From Candidatus Aldehydirespiratoraceae bacterium (GTDB lineage: Bacteria > Actinomycetota > Acidimicrobiia > Acidimicrobiales > Aldehydirespiratoraceae): 64,000 nucleotides of DNA. The stretch is taken from NCBI GenBank assembly GCA_965214565.1, contig OZ243951.1, positions 1,281,017 to 1,345,016 of the forward strand. The letters run 5' to 3'. The notes beneath the pieces are model-generated. The model had not been told where the DNA came from. It was given only the letters and a program-made list of their open reading frames with translations, and did no database searches. The translations under genes and the position numbers were made by a program. Below are positions 28,221 to 37,690 of this stretch, one piece after another. Position 1 is the first letter of the stretch. Every line of letters begins with the position of its first letter.

Positions 28221-29426
28221 CTACTGGGAGGGGTGGGTTTGGGGTTCCAGGTGCAGGTGGGGGTCTTCGTAAGGGTTGGCGCGGGCCAGGTCTTCGTTGA
28301 GGCTGGCGCCGAGGCCTGCACCGGTTGGCGGGATGACGTAGCCGTCCTGCCAGTTGATGGGTGTGGTGAGGAGGTCGGCGTAAAAGTTGTCGAAGGTTTG
28401 GATCGATTCGAGGATCAGGAAGTTGGGGGTGCAGGTGGCCAGCGCGATGTTGGCGAGTGCTTCGATCGGGCCGCAGTAGAGGTGCGGGGCGATCTGCACA
28501 TGATGGGTTTCGGCTATCGCTGCGATCTTCTTGGTCTCCAGGATCCCCCCGGACCGGCCGAGGGCGGGTTGGAGGATGGCGGCGGCTTGGGCTTCGACCA
28601 CTCGAGCGAATTCGTATTTGGTGGTGAGGCGTTCGCCGGTGGCGATCGGGATCGAGGTTTGGCGGGCGACTCTGGCCATCTCTTCGATGTTGTCTGGCGG
28701 TACGGGTTCTTCGAACCACATCGGGTCGTAGGGTTCGAGGGCTTGGGCGAGGCGGATGGCTCCTGCTGCTGTGAACTGGCCGTGGGTGCCGAAGAGCAGG
28801 TCGGCTCTGCTCCCTACCGCTTCTCGGATCGCGGCGACGAAGGCTCGGCTGCGTTCGATGTCTTCGAGGCTGGGCATGTGGCCGTCGTAGACGGTGTAGG
28901 GCCCGGCGGGGTCGAATTTAACTGCGGTGAACCCTCGTCCGACTTCTTCTGAGGCTCGTTGGGCCGCGAGTTCGGGGTCGTTGTAGACGCGGTTCTCGGT
29001 GTAGGGGTCGGTGCCGTCGGACGCGGAGGGGTAGAGGTACGTGTAGCTGCGGAGCCTCTGGTGGACCTGGCCGCCGAGCAGTTCGTAGACGGGTTTGTCG
29101 ACTGCTTTGCCGATGAGGTCCCAGCAGGCGATCTCGATACCGCTGAGGACGCCGATGAGCGAGATGTCGGGCCGGGCCGTGTAGCCCCGTCCGTAGACGT
29201 TGCGCCACAGGGCCTCGATATGGAAGGGGTCGTGGCCGATGAGATGGCGTTCGCAGACGTCTTCGATCATGGCGGCTACGACATGCGGATGGAAGGTGGC
29301 GGTGTAGACCTCTCCGTAGCCGATGGTTCCGTCGTCGGCGACAAGTTTCACGAAGATGAAGTACCGGCCACCGAACGAGGGCGGCGGGTTTGCGACCACA
29401 AACGTTTCAAACGCGTCAACCTTCAC
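28221..29426 (-). CDS. Enolase-superfamily enzyme (mandelate racemase / muconate lactonizing, sugar-acid dehydratase-like)
   Basis: 401 aa with 'FVKLVADDGTIGYGEVY', 'FTAVKFDP', 'WFEEP' and 'PIATGERL'. Confidence 0.85.
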   Translation of the reverse strand: MKVDAFETFVVANPPPSFGGRYFIFVKLVADDGTIGYGEVYTATFHPHVVAAMIEDVCERHLIGHDPFHIEALWRNVYGRGYTARPDISLIGVLSGIEIACWDLIGKAVDKPVYELLGGQVHQRLRSYTYLYPSASDGTDPYTENRVYNDPELAAQRASEEVGRGFTAVKFDPAGPYTVYDGHMPSLEDIERSRAFVAAIREAVGSRADLLFGTHGQFTAAGAIRLAQALEPYDPMWFEEPVPPDNIEEMARVARQTSIPIATGERLTTKYEFARVVEAQAAAILQPALGRSGGILETKKIAAIAETHHVQIAPHLYCGPIEALANIALATCTPNFLILESIQTFDNFYADLLTTPINWQDGYVIPPTGAGLGASLNEDLARANPYEDPHLHLEPQTHPSQ

Positions 29427-29566
29427 CCGGCCCTCCTCGTATGTCTTCGATCAAAGACTAGTTGGAGAGTCTGTCCAAGGCGTCCTGAGCGATTTCTGGG
29501 CTACGCCACAGGCGAGTGCGCTTATCCGTCCTCAGGGTTCACGCGTAACATGAACGCCGTTGTGCA

Positions 29567-32500
29567 TCAGCCCCAGCAGACAACGGTGCCGTCAGCACGC
29601 AACCCGCAGGTATGGTCCGAGCCGGCAGCGACTGATTTGAACGAGTGGAGCTCGTCCGTCGGCGTTTCGTCGACGGCGGGGTCGACTAGCAAGTCGACTG
29701 GTACGTCGAATGGCACGTTGATTGCACCGTCTGCGTTTGAACCCCAGCAGACGACCCTGTTGTCGAGGCGCAGTCCGCACGAATGTTCATCACCAGAGGT
29801 GACAGCTTGGAACAAACCGCTGGGTGCGTTGATCTGGCCATCGGAATTCCATCCCCAGCAGGTGATTGTGCCATCGGTGCGCAAGCCGCACCAATAAGCC
29901 GAACCGGCCGAGACAGCTTGGAACGAACCTTCCGGCGCAGCGACCATCCACCTGCCAATATCGAAATAGTCGTTGACTCCCCAGCAGGTGATTGTGCCAT
30001 CGGTGCGCAACCCACACGAAAAAAAGTCGCCGACGGCGACGGCTTGGAACGAGCCCTCCGGCGCATCGTTCACCTCAGCGTCCATGACATCGGCGAGCAC
30101 GTCGTTGCCTCCCCAACAGGTGATTGTGCTATCGGTGCGAAGCCCGCACGAATGAACCAGACCGGCGGCGACGGCGGTGAACAGATCGGGCGGGTGCCGG
30201 GTCTCACCGAAATCGTCGCTGCCCCAGCAGAAAACGGTACCGTCCGTGCGCAGCCCGCAGGAATGGGCCGCACCAGTGACGACGGCTTGAAATGTGCCTG
30301 CCGGTGCGTTCGTCTCGCCGTTGAAGTCAGAGCCCCAGCAGGTGATTGTGCCATCGGTGCGCAAGCCGCACGAAAAAAAATCGCCGGTGGCAACCGTTTG
30401 GAACGAGCCTTCAGGCGCATCGCTCTGCCCTGATTCGTTGTTACCCCAGCAGGTGATCGTGCTGTCGCTGCGAATCGCGCAGGTGTTGCCGTATCCGGCA
30501 GCGACGGCTCGGAATTCGACGGGCGATATGTCGCGTTCTCGGGAGTAGTTGTTGCCCCAGCAGATGATGGTGGCGTCGTCGCGGATGGCGCAGGTGTGGT
30601 GCCCGCCTGCGGCGATCGCTCTGAACGTGCCGGTGGGTGCGCTGGTCTGTCCGTTCCAGTTGGAGCCCCAACAGTGGACCGTGCCGTTGAGACGCAGGCC
30701 GCACGAATGGTCATGACCAGCGGTCACGGCTTTGAAGAGTCCTCTGGGGTCGTCACTCTGCCCGTTGTTGTTGGAACCCCAGCAGCTGATCACCCCGTTC
30801 GTTCGCAGTCCACACGAATGAGCCAGGCCGGCATCAACAGCCTGGTACGCGCCCCCGCGAGCGTTAGTTTGGCCGTTCGGGGAGGCTCCCCAACAGCTGA
30901 GCGTTCCATCGGTTCGTATCCCACAGGTGTGGTTCCGGCCGGTGGTGATGGAATGGAACAAGAAAGCTGGCGCATTGGTCTGGTTGCTGATGTGTTCGCC
31001 CCAACAGATGACGATGCCGTCTATGCGCAGCCCACACGAAAAGTTCGCTCCGGTGGAGACGCTATGGAACGAGCCCGCAGGAGCATCACCCTGGCCGAAC
31101 CCGTTGCCGCCCCAACAGGTGATGCTGTTGTCGACGCGGACCCCGCAGGAGTGTCGGTCGTTAACACTCGCGGATTTGAACGAGCCCGTGGGGGCGGTTG
31201 TCCGCCCGTAGTCGCTATTGCCCCAGCAGGTGACGGTGTCGTCTGTGCGTATCGCGCACGTATGGTGTGCATCTGCGGCAAGCGTTTTGAACGAGCCTGC
31301 GGGTGCATCAGTTGTTCTGGTGAAACCGTAACCCCAGCAGGTGACGGTGCCATCGGTCCGTACCCCGCACGTTTGGTTTGCTCCGGCGGAGACCGCTTGG
31401 AACGAACCCGGCGGCGCATTGATCTGGCCGTGTTCGTTGCTGCCCCAACAGGTGACGGTGCCATCTATGCGCAACCCGCACGAGTGGCCCCAGCCCGAGC
31501 CGGCAGCGACGGCCTTGAACGAACCCGGCGGCGCGGAGGATTGCCCGACGGCATTGTTGCCCCAGCAGGTGACGGTGTCATCGGTGCGCAGGCCGCACGA
31601 ATGCAGTCCACCGGCGGAGACCGCTTGGAACGAACCCGGCGGCGCATCGATCTGGCCGTGTTCGTTGCTGCCCCAACAGGTGACGGTGCCATCTATGCGC
31701 AATCCGCACGAGTGGTTTCCGTTGCCACCGTAGTATCCGCCACCGGCCGACACCGCTTCGAATCTACCGGTGGGTGAGGTGGTCTGCCCGCGTGAGTTGT
31801 TGCCCCAACACTTGATCGTGCCGTCGGTGCGCAGTCCGCAGTTGTGATCGAGACCGGCATCGACCGCATCGAATCTACCGGTGGGTGAGGTGGCTTGCCA
31901 GTGCCAGTTGCCGCCCCAGCAGGTGACCGAATTGTCGGTGCGGAGTCCACACATGTGGCTCCCGCCAGCGGTGATGCCCTGGAAGGTACCCGTCGGTGGT
32001 TCTGCTTGCAGAACGTTGTTGTGGCCCCAGCAGGTGAGGGTGTCATCGGTGAGTATCCCGCACGCGTGGTGTGTGCCGGCCGCGACTGATTTGAACGAGT
32101 AGATCTCGGTTGTCGGGGTGTCGTCGAGGGTGGGGTGACATGTCGGGGTTTGGGGGTCGATCGTCACCTCCGGTTCGCCCTGGTAGCGGTACAGGAAGGT
32201 GATCAGGTGCGAACGAGTCAGGGTGGTGTCGGGCGAGAACGTTGTGGCTGAGGTCCCGTTTGTGATCCCGTTTGCGAACATCCACGAGACGGGTGCCTGC
32301 CGCCAGTCTCTGACCACGTCGGTGAACTGATGTGGGCCTGCTTCGGGTTCGCCTGCCAGGCGGTAAAGGAAGGCCGCCAGTTCGGCGCGGTTGAGCGTCT
32401 TCTCGGGAGAGAACTTCGTGGCTGAGGTGCCGGTCGTGATACCGGCCTCGAGCATCCACGAGACAGCGGGGTTCTGGGGCTCGACGGTCACGTCGGTGAA

Positions 32501-32770
32501 CGAATGGGGCTCAGCTGAGGGCTGGGCCTGCATGTTCCAGAGGATCTGTGCGGTCTCGCCCCGTGACACCGGCGCGTCCGGCGAGAAGCATGCACCGTCG
32601 AGGCCTGTGATCCCTTGGTCCACGGACCACTGGACCGCATTCGTGTAGTAGGTGTCTTCGCCCACATCGCCGTACCCGGCCACACCAGCCGCCGGCGAGC
32701 CCGAGACCATCAACGAGGCAGCTGCCAGGCTCAGCACCAACCCGCACAAACCAAGCAGTCGGAGCTTCAT
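29567..32770 (-). CDS. Secreted SLH-domain protein with 22 RCC1-like beta-propeller blades
   Basis: Signal peptide 'MKLRLLGLCGLVLSLAAASLMV' and three SLH-like segments ('FSPD..V.R.E.A.FLY'). I counted 22 repeats ending in 'CWG' ('HSCGLRTDGT(V/I)TCWG.N..GQ'). Confidence 0.85.
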   Translation of the reverse strand: MKLRLLGLCGLVLSLAAASLMVSGSPAAGVAGYGDVGEDTYYTNAVQWSVDQGITGLDGACFSPDAPVSRGETAQILWNMQAQPSAEPHSFTDVTVEPQNPAVSWMLEAGITTGTSATKFSPEKTLNRAELAAFLYRLAGEPEAGPHQFTDVVRDWRQAPVSWMFANGITNGTSATTFSPDTTLTRSHLITFLYRYQGEPEVTIDPQTPTCHPTLDDTPTTEIYSFKSVAAGTHHACGILTDDTLTCWGHNNVLQAEPPTGTFQGITAGGSHMCGLRTDNSVTCWGGNWHWQATSPTGRFDAVDAGLDHNCGLRTDGTIKCWGNNSRGQTTSPTGRFEAVSAGGGYYGGNGNHSCGLRIDGTVTCWGSNEHGQIDAPPGSFQAVSAGGLHSCGLRTDDTVTCWGNNAVGQSSAPPGSFKAVAAGSGWGHSCGLRIDGTVTCWGSNEHGQINAPPGSFQAVSAGANQTCGVRTDGTVTCWGYGFTRTTDAPAGSFKTLAADAHHTCAIRTDDTVTCWGNSDYGRTTAPTGSFKSASVNDRHSCGVRVDNSITCWGGNGFGQGDAPAGSFHSVSTGANFSCGLRIDGIVICWGEHISNQTNAPAFLFHSITTGRNHTCGIRTDGTLSCWGASPNGQTNARGGAYQAVDAGLAHSCGLRTNGVISCWGSNNNGQSDDPRGLFKAVTAGHDHSCGLRLNGTVHCWGSNWNGQTSAPTGTFRAIAAGGHHTCAIRDDATIICWGNNYSRERDISPVEFRAVAAGYGNTCAIRSDSTITCWGNNESGQSDAPEGSFQTVATGDFFSCGLRTDGTITCWGSDFNGETNAPAGTFQAVVTGAAHSCGLRTDGTVFCWGSDDFGETRHPPDLFTAVAAGLVHSCGLRTDSTITCWGGNDVLADVMDAEVNDAPEGSFQAVAVGDFFSCGLRTDGTITCWGVNDYFDIGRWMVAAPEGSFQAVSAGSAYWCGLRTDGTITCWGWNSDGQINAPSGLFQAVTSGDEHSCGLRLDNRVVCWGSNADGAINVPFDVPVDLLVDPAVDETPTDELHSFKSVAAGSDHTCGLRADGTVVCWG

Positions 32771-32867
32771 GACTGGCGTCCTCTTCCTCGGGCTCGGCGT
32801 AGGGCTACTGTACTGCCCGGTTGCGCCGTACCGCCAGAGCGCCGCCGAGCGCTGCAGTCGGCGGGGG

Positions 32868-35800
32868 CTACGGGACGGTTACCTGGTCGCCGGATTGGGT
32901 GTTGGTGTCGTAGGTGGAGAGCACTTCGCCGGTGCAGCCGATGGAGTTGCAGGCGCTGACCTTGGCGACATAGGTGCCCGGGGCTAGGCCGGTGACGGTG
33001 TAGGTCTGGGTGCCGATCGCGACTGTCGTCTCGCCGCTGGAGCCTCGAGCCCCGGCTTGGGAGGGGAACCACCGCACCTTGTAGGTGGTGACGCCGTCGA
33101 GCCCCTGTCCGCCGGCTTCCCAGGTGATGACTTTGGTGTTGTCGGGTTCGCTGGCGGTTGCGTCGTTGATCCGCACGGCGACGATCGACACGTTGGTCGG
33201 GATGCCTGCCGTCTTGAGGATGGCGGCATACCCGGAGGTGCCCACGGACCCCGAGCGTGTCACGGCCCTGACCCTCACTTCGTAGCTCGCGCCGACTTCG
33301 AGGTCCTGGATCTGTGCGGTCAGCGCGCCGAGCGGGAAGTCGGTTCCTGCTGTTTCGCTGTCGCCGTCGACGGTCTGCCAGACGTGTGCAGGGTAGCGGA
33401 CGTCGGGTACTGGTCTGTCGGGGTCGGCGAGGCGACGGTACTGCACTTCGTATCCGGTGATCGGGGGTCCACCGTTGGTTTGGGTGACGGCGGACCAGCT
33501 GACCGTGAGTTGTGTGCCGTCTCCGGGTGTTCCGTCGCTGTTGACGGTCGCGGCGGCGGCGGTGACCGTTGCCGGCGCGGGCGGCACCGACGAGGTGAAT
33601 CCGCTGATCTCGTGGCTGTACCCGCTGCTGCCGACGGCGTTGACCGCGCGGATTATCACGAAGTAGTTGATGCCGTCTTTGAGTCCGGTGATGGTGTGGC
33701 GGTTGGCGGGTGCGTCGATCCGGATCTCGGATCCGAACTGGCCGCTGTCACCTTCTGCGTATCTGAGCAGGTAGTGGGTGATGGGTGTGCCGCCGTCGTC
33801 TGGCGGGTTCCAGGTCACGGTCAGCAGCCGGAATCCCGTCTCGATGTCGATGTTGGTTTTGGATTCGGTTTCGTCGGCACCGATGCTGGCGGGTTGTGTG
33901 GCCGGGGTTGCCGAGGTCTGGGCCCAGGGTCCGCCTTCGTTCGGGCTCGGGTCGGCCGTGGCGGCGTCGCCGTCGTGGTCGTTGGTTGCTCGGACTCGTA
34001 TGTCGAAGGAGACGCCTCGTCCGGTTGCGGAGCCGCTGCGACGGTCTTTGAGCCCGGTGATGGTGAAGCTTCGGGTGGCGATGTCGTTGGCTGCGAGGGT
34101 GACTTCGGTCCAGTCCCCTGCGCGTATTTCGTCGTTGGTGTCCAGTGAGGTTCGGGGCACGAAGGACTCTCGGTATTCGAGGACGTAGCCGAGCACTGGG
34201 CTGGTGCCGTTGGCGGCGGGCGGGTCCCAGGTGACGAGCAGCGATTCGGGGTCGACGACTGCTGACGTGTCGCCGGTTTCGACTGCTGGGGGCGGGCCTG
34301 CGGTGAGGTTGCGCGGGGCGTCGGGCACGGCCTTGGGTATCGCGGTCACTTCGGCTGAGGGTTGGCTCTTGCCGGAGGCGGATACTGCTTTGACCGACAC
34401 GGTGTAGCCGAAGCCGTTGGTGAGCCCGGTGATGGTTGTTGAGGTGACTGTGCCGGCGACGTTGATCTGTTCGGGTGCTCCGCCTGATGCGTAGGTGATT
34501 TCGTAACCGGCGATTGTGCTTCCGCCGGTGCTGGTGGGTGGGGCCCAGGTGACTTGCAGGGCTTGATGGGCGGACACGACTCCGTTTGCGTCCAGGGTCG
34601 GGGGTCCCGGTGGCTGTACGGGGGTGGCGGTGGCCGAGGCCCAGAGCCAGGGGGCCGTGGGGCTGGTCTTGATATTGACTGAGCGGACTCTCACCTCGCA
34701 GGGCTGTCCGTTCTCGAGTCCGGTGATGGTGATCGTGTAGGTCTCGGTCGGGACGTTGGGGACATCGACTCGGCCGGCCGGGTTGCCGGGGATTCCGCTG
34801 GTGACCCAGCCGGTGCTGCCGCTGCTGGTGGTGCAGTTGCGTTCGACTCTGTAGCTTTCGACGGGTTCGCCGCCGTCGTCTTGCGGGGCTCCCCATTTGA
34901 CGACGAGTTCTGTGCCTGAGGTTTCTGAGACGGTGACTGCGAGGTTCGTGGGCAGTCCGGGGGCGACCGTGTCGGGGCTGATCGGGTCGCCGTTGGGCGC
35001 GGGGGTACGGGGGCCTGCGCCGGCGGCGTTGATGGCGGTGATCCATACGTAGTACGCCGAGGGGTTGGCGGTGGTGGTGTTGCGCAGTCCGGTGATGGTG
35101 TGGGTGCGCGCGGCCGGGTCTGCGATTTCGTGTTGGGACGGCTCGACTCGGCGGTCGGCGGTCCATTGGACGAGGTATCCGGTGATGTCGCTGCCGCCGT
35201 CGTCGGTGGGTGCTTCCCAGGTGAGGGTCAGTTCGGTGTTGCCGGGTTGGGCGTTGAAGTTGCCGACCAGTCCTGGTGTGGTTGACGGGGTGCCTGTCGT
35301 GTCTGCCGACCATGGTCCGGTGCCTGTGGCGTTTATGGAGGCGACTCTGAGCGTGTATTCGGTGCCTTTGGTGAGGCCGGTGATTGTGGTTGTTGCGGTT
35401 GTGGTGCTCTGTTGTCGGGTTGTGGCGTAGTCTTGGTCGCCTGATTTCCACTGTACGACGTAACTCGTCACCGCGGTTCCTCCGCTGATGGCGGGCGGGG
35501 TCCAGGTCACGGTCAGTTCGGTGCCGTCTCCAGTCGGTTGGGCTGCGACGTCTGTCGGGGCTTGGGCTTTGGTGTTGACCAGTGCGCGGTAGAGGCGGGC
35601 GACGAACGATCCCATTTGTTCGCGTGTCACTCCGGCTCTCGGGGCGAAGGTTGTCGGTGTGGTTCCGGTGGTGACTTCTAGGCCGTAGATCTGGGCGATT
35701 GCTTTGCGCTGTTCGGATGAGCGCCGTCCGATGTCGATGAAGTTGGTGCTGACGACCGGAGGTTCGAAGCCTCTGATCGCTTTGTAGAGGCGCACTAGGA

Positions 35801-36338
35801 ACAGGGCCATGTGGGATCGCAGCACCGGGTCCTTTGGCGAGTATGTGGTGGTGGTGGTGCCGGTGGTGATCTTGAGTCCGTAGATGCGGGCTATGTCGTC
35901 GACGGCGAAGGAGTCTTCTGGTATGTCGGTGAAGGGTGTCTCGACTATTTCTGCTTCTGCGCCGGTGACTGCCCGATAGGTGCGGGCCATGAAGGCAGCC
36001 ATTTCTTCGCGGGTTACTTCTTCTTTGGGCCGATAGCGGTTACTCGACGGATTGGTGATGCCGAGCTCGACGAGGCAGCGGATGTCTTCGTAGGCGAAGC
36101 TGTTGGGGTCGACGTCGGCGAATTCCAGCGTGCCTTCGTCGGATGGGCAGGTGATCTCGCCGCTGTCGTCGGAGGAGTTGTCGGTGGTTTGCGCGGTGGC
36201 TGTGGTTGTGGCCAGCCCGAGCGAACCGGCGAGCATGATGGGGGCGACCGCTGCTCGCATGAGCCGTTGCAGGTTTGCCCGAGTCGTGCGTTTTGACATC
36301 GGTGCTCGCGGTGTCCTGTCGCTGGCTGCTGATCTCAT
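32868..36338 (-). CDS. SLH-Fn3 cell-surface protein, paralog D (full length, signal peptide)
   Basis: 1156 aa with signal peptide 'AAVAPIMLAGSLGLATTTATAQ' and three SLH segments. A long array of Fn3-like repeats follows ('L.V.W..P...GG..I.GY...'). Confidence 0.85.
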   Translation of the reverse strand: MRSAASDRTPRAPMSKRTTRANLQRLMRAAVAPIMLAGSLGLATTTATAQTTDNSSDDSGEITCPSDEGTLEFADVDPNSFAYEDIRCLVELGITNPSSNRYRPKEEVTREEMAAFMARTYRAVTGAEAEIVETPFTDIPEDSFAVDDIARIYGLKITTGTTTTTYSPKDPVLRSHMALFLVRLYKAIRGFEPPVVSTNFIDIGRRSSEQRKAIAQIYGLEVTTGTTPTTFAPRAGVTREQMGSFVARLYRALVNTKAQAPTDVAAQPTGDGTELTVTWTPPAISGGTAVTSYVVQWKSGDQDYATTRQQSTTTATTTITGLTKGTEYTLRVASINATGTGPWSADTTGTPSTTPGLVGNFNAQPGNTELTLTWEAPTDDGGSDITGYLVQWTADRRVEPSQHEIADPAARTHTITGLRNTTTANPSAYYVWITAINAAGAGPRTPAPNGDPISPDTVAPGLPTNLAVTVSETSGTELVVKWGAPQDDGGEPVESYRVERNCTTSSGSTGWVTSGIPGNPAGRVDVPNVPTETYTITITGLENGQPCEVRVRSVNIKTSPTAPWLWASATATPVQPPGPPTLDANGVVSAHQALQVTWAPPTSTGGSTIAGYEITYASGGAPEQINVAGTVTSTTITGLTNGFGYTVSVKAVSASGKSQPSAEVTAIPKAVPDAPRNLTAGPPPAVETGDTSAVVDPESLLVTWDPPAANGTSPVLGYVLEYRESFVPRTSLDTNDEIRAGDWTEVTLAANDIATRSFTITGLKDRRSGSATGRGVSFDIRVRATNDHDGDAATADPSPNEGGPWAQTSATPATQPASIGADETESKTNIDIETGFRLLTVTWNPPDDGGTPITHYLLRYAEGDSGQFGSEIRIDAPANRHTITGLKDGINYFVIIRAVNAVGSSGYSHEISGFTSSVPPAPATVTAAAATVNSDGTPGDGTQLTVSWSAVTQTNGGPPITGYEVQYRRLADPDRPVPDVRYPAHVWQTVDGDSETAGTDFPLGALTAQIQDLEVGASYEVRVRAVTRSGSVGTSGYAAILKTAGIPTNVSIVAVRINDATASEPDNTKVITWEAGGQGLDGVTTYKVRWFPSQAGARGSSGETTVAIGTQTYTVTGLAPGTYVAKVSACNSIGCTGEVLSTYDTNTQSGDQVTVP

Positions 36339-36506
36339 CGCTGCTCCGTTCCGGTGTCGGCTTCTCGCGTTTCGCCGACTGTTGTCGAATCTACCGCTTA
36401 TGCGCTCAACATTCAGAACTATGGGCGCTTGATGCCCTCGATTCTGGGTTGTCCGACGGGATGCACCGGTTCAGGCTGTGGCGAGCCGCTCCCTGCTGAC
36501 CGATCG

Positions 36507-36570
36507 GTGACTTACGTGCGCCACCGTAACACCAAAACCATTCAGAGACTATCGAATCAGACCAACAGCG
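36507..36570 (+). repeat. Partial copy of the conserved leader element found upstream of the small coiled-coil genes
   Basis: 'gtgacttacgtgcgccaccgtaacaccaaaaccattcagagactatcgaatcagaccaacagcg' closely matches the reverse complement of about 47950-48020 and also 43085-43150. It ends 1 nt before the recombinase stop codon. Confidence 0.6.
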
Positions 36571-36571
36571 A

Positions 36572-37633
36572 TTAGGAAGGAGGGAGTACGAAGTCTGCCC
36601 ATCGCTGCATCACTTCGCGCCTGCGCTCGATCAGGTCTGAGCGTTGGTAGCTTCTCTCGGTGCTGTTGCCGACGACGTGACCCAGACACGCTTCTGCGAG
36701 GTCACGTTCGAGGCCTTGGTCTGCGCAGTAGGTGCGGAATGTCGATCTGAGACCATGGGTGGTGCCTTCGCCGAGTATCTGCTTGCGGACTGTCCTCAAC
36801 GAGTCGCTGTTGATTGCCTGATGAGGGTTGCGTGAAGCAGGGAACACAAACTCAGAGTCTCCGAGCGACGCATGGAACCTGGCCCCGCTTGTCCCGTGTC
36901 CCTTCCCGTAGAGAAGTTCCATGGCTTGGTTGCTCAGCGGTACTCTGTGCTCTGTTCTCGTCTTCGTGCGCTCTGCGGGTACGGTCCAGGTCCTCTCTTC
37001 GCGATCGATCTCCTCCCAACGCGCTCCGCTGGCTTCTTTCGCCCTGGTGGCAGTCAGGAGAATGAACAGCAGGGCTCGCCCTGACCCTCCTTTGTCTCGC
37101 AGACGTGCCGAGAGTTGTTCAGCAACCTCTCGGGCCTCGGGCCAGGGTGTATAGGGATGATGAGTGGGCCTGTAGATCAAGTCTCGTCTCTTCATGCCGC
37201 GCATCACAGCAGAGCCGGCAGCAGGATTGGCTTCTATGGCTCCTGCGAGCATTGCTTCATCGAGGACTTCTCTAATGTTCGACAGAATCTTCTTCGGAAC
37301 GCTGATTCCACCGTTTTTCGAGGCCGCGAGGGCATCGAGGACGTGACCCAGCGTTATGGTCTCGATGGGCATTGACCACAACGTTCCGGCATAGGTCCGC
37401 ATCCTTACTTCCCATTCTGTCCGCGTCTTCTCGGCACATACCTTGACGGCGAGGGTGTGAGTCGCCCACGATCCGAAGGTGCCTGACTCAGGAGCGGACT
37501 CAGGGACTTCTTGATTGTCGGTTGGGGCCGTATCGCGCTCCGTCATTGCGCCCGATGGGGGTCGCTGGCCTTCACTGAAGGCATGCCTTCCATTTGGCAG
37601 ATTCTCAATATCTGTCCATTGTTTTGCTACCAT
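36572..37633 (-). CDS. Tyrosine site-specific recombinase (phage-integrase family)
   Basis: 353 aa. Catalytic signature residues are present: R in 'LLTATRAKEAS', K in 'TKTRTEHRVPL', HxxR in 'HGLRSTFRT', H in 'CLGHVVG' and Y in 'ERSYQRSD'. SD 'aaggag' lies 7 nt before the ATG. Confidence 0.85.
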   Translation of the reverse strand: MVAKQWTDIENLPNGRHAFSEGQRPPSGAMTERDTAPTDNQEVPESAPESGTFGSWATHTLAVKVCAEKTRTEWEVRMRTYAGTLWSMPIETITLGHVLDALAASKNGGISVPKKILSNIREVLDEAMLAGAIEANPAAGSAVMRGMKRRDLIYRPTHHPYTPWPEAREVAEQLSARLRDKGGSGRALLFILLTATRAKEASGARWEEIDREERTWTVPAERTKTRTEHRVPLSNQAMELLYGKGHGTSGARFHASLGDSEFVFPASRNPHQAINSDSLRTVRKQILGEGTTHGLRSTFRTYCADQGLERDLAEACLGHVVGNSTERSYQRSDLIERRREVMQRWADFVLPPS

Positions 37634-37690
37634 ATTGTGCTCCTTCTGGGAGGTATCCGGTAATCAACACCAATACCTAAAGCAGCGTTC

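Noticed and set aside
33748-35451. 567-aa ORF and the many other long ORFs overlapping the Fn3 and RCC1 genes (for example 30596-31777, 33057-34148, 38251-38871, 29686-30066)
   Set aside because: They are out-of-frame or antisense to long, clearly domain-structured genes. Their products are extremely Arg/Pro/His-rich low-complexity sequences typical of GC-rich off-frames.
36572-37633. Integrase as the marker of a prophage or classical tRNA-integrated genomic island
   Set aside because: I recognised no tRNA gene next to it and no phage structural, replication or excisionase genes. The flanks are surface-protein paralogs and repeats. An old integration cannot be excluded, but the shared truncation point of cassettes A and B fits a local recombination role better.
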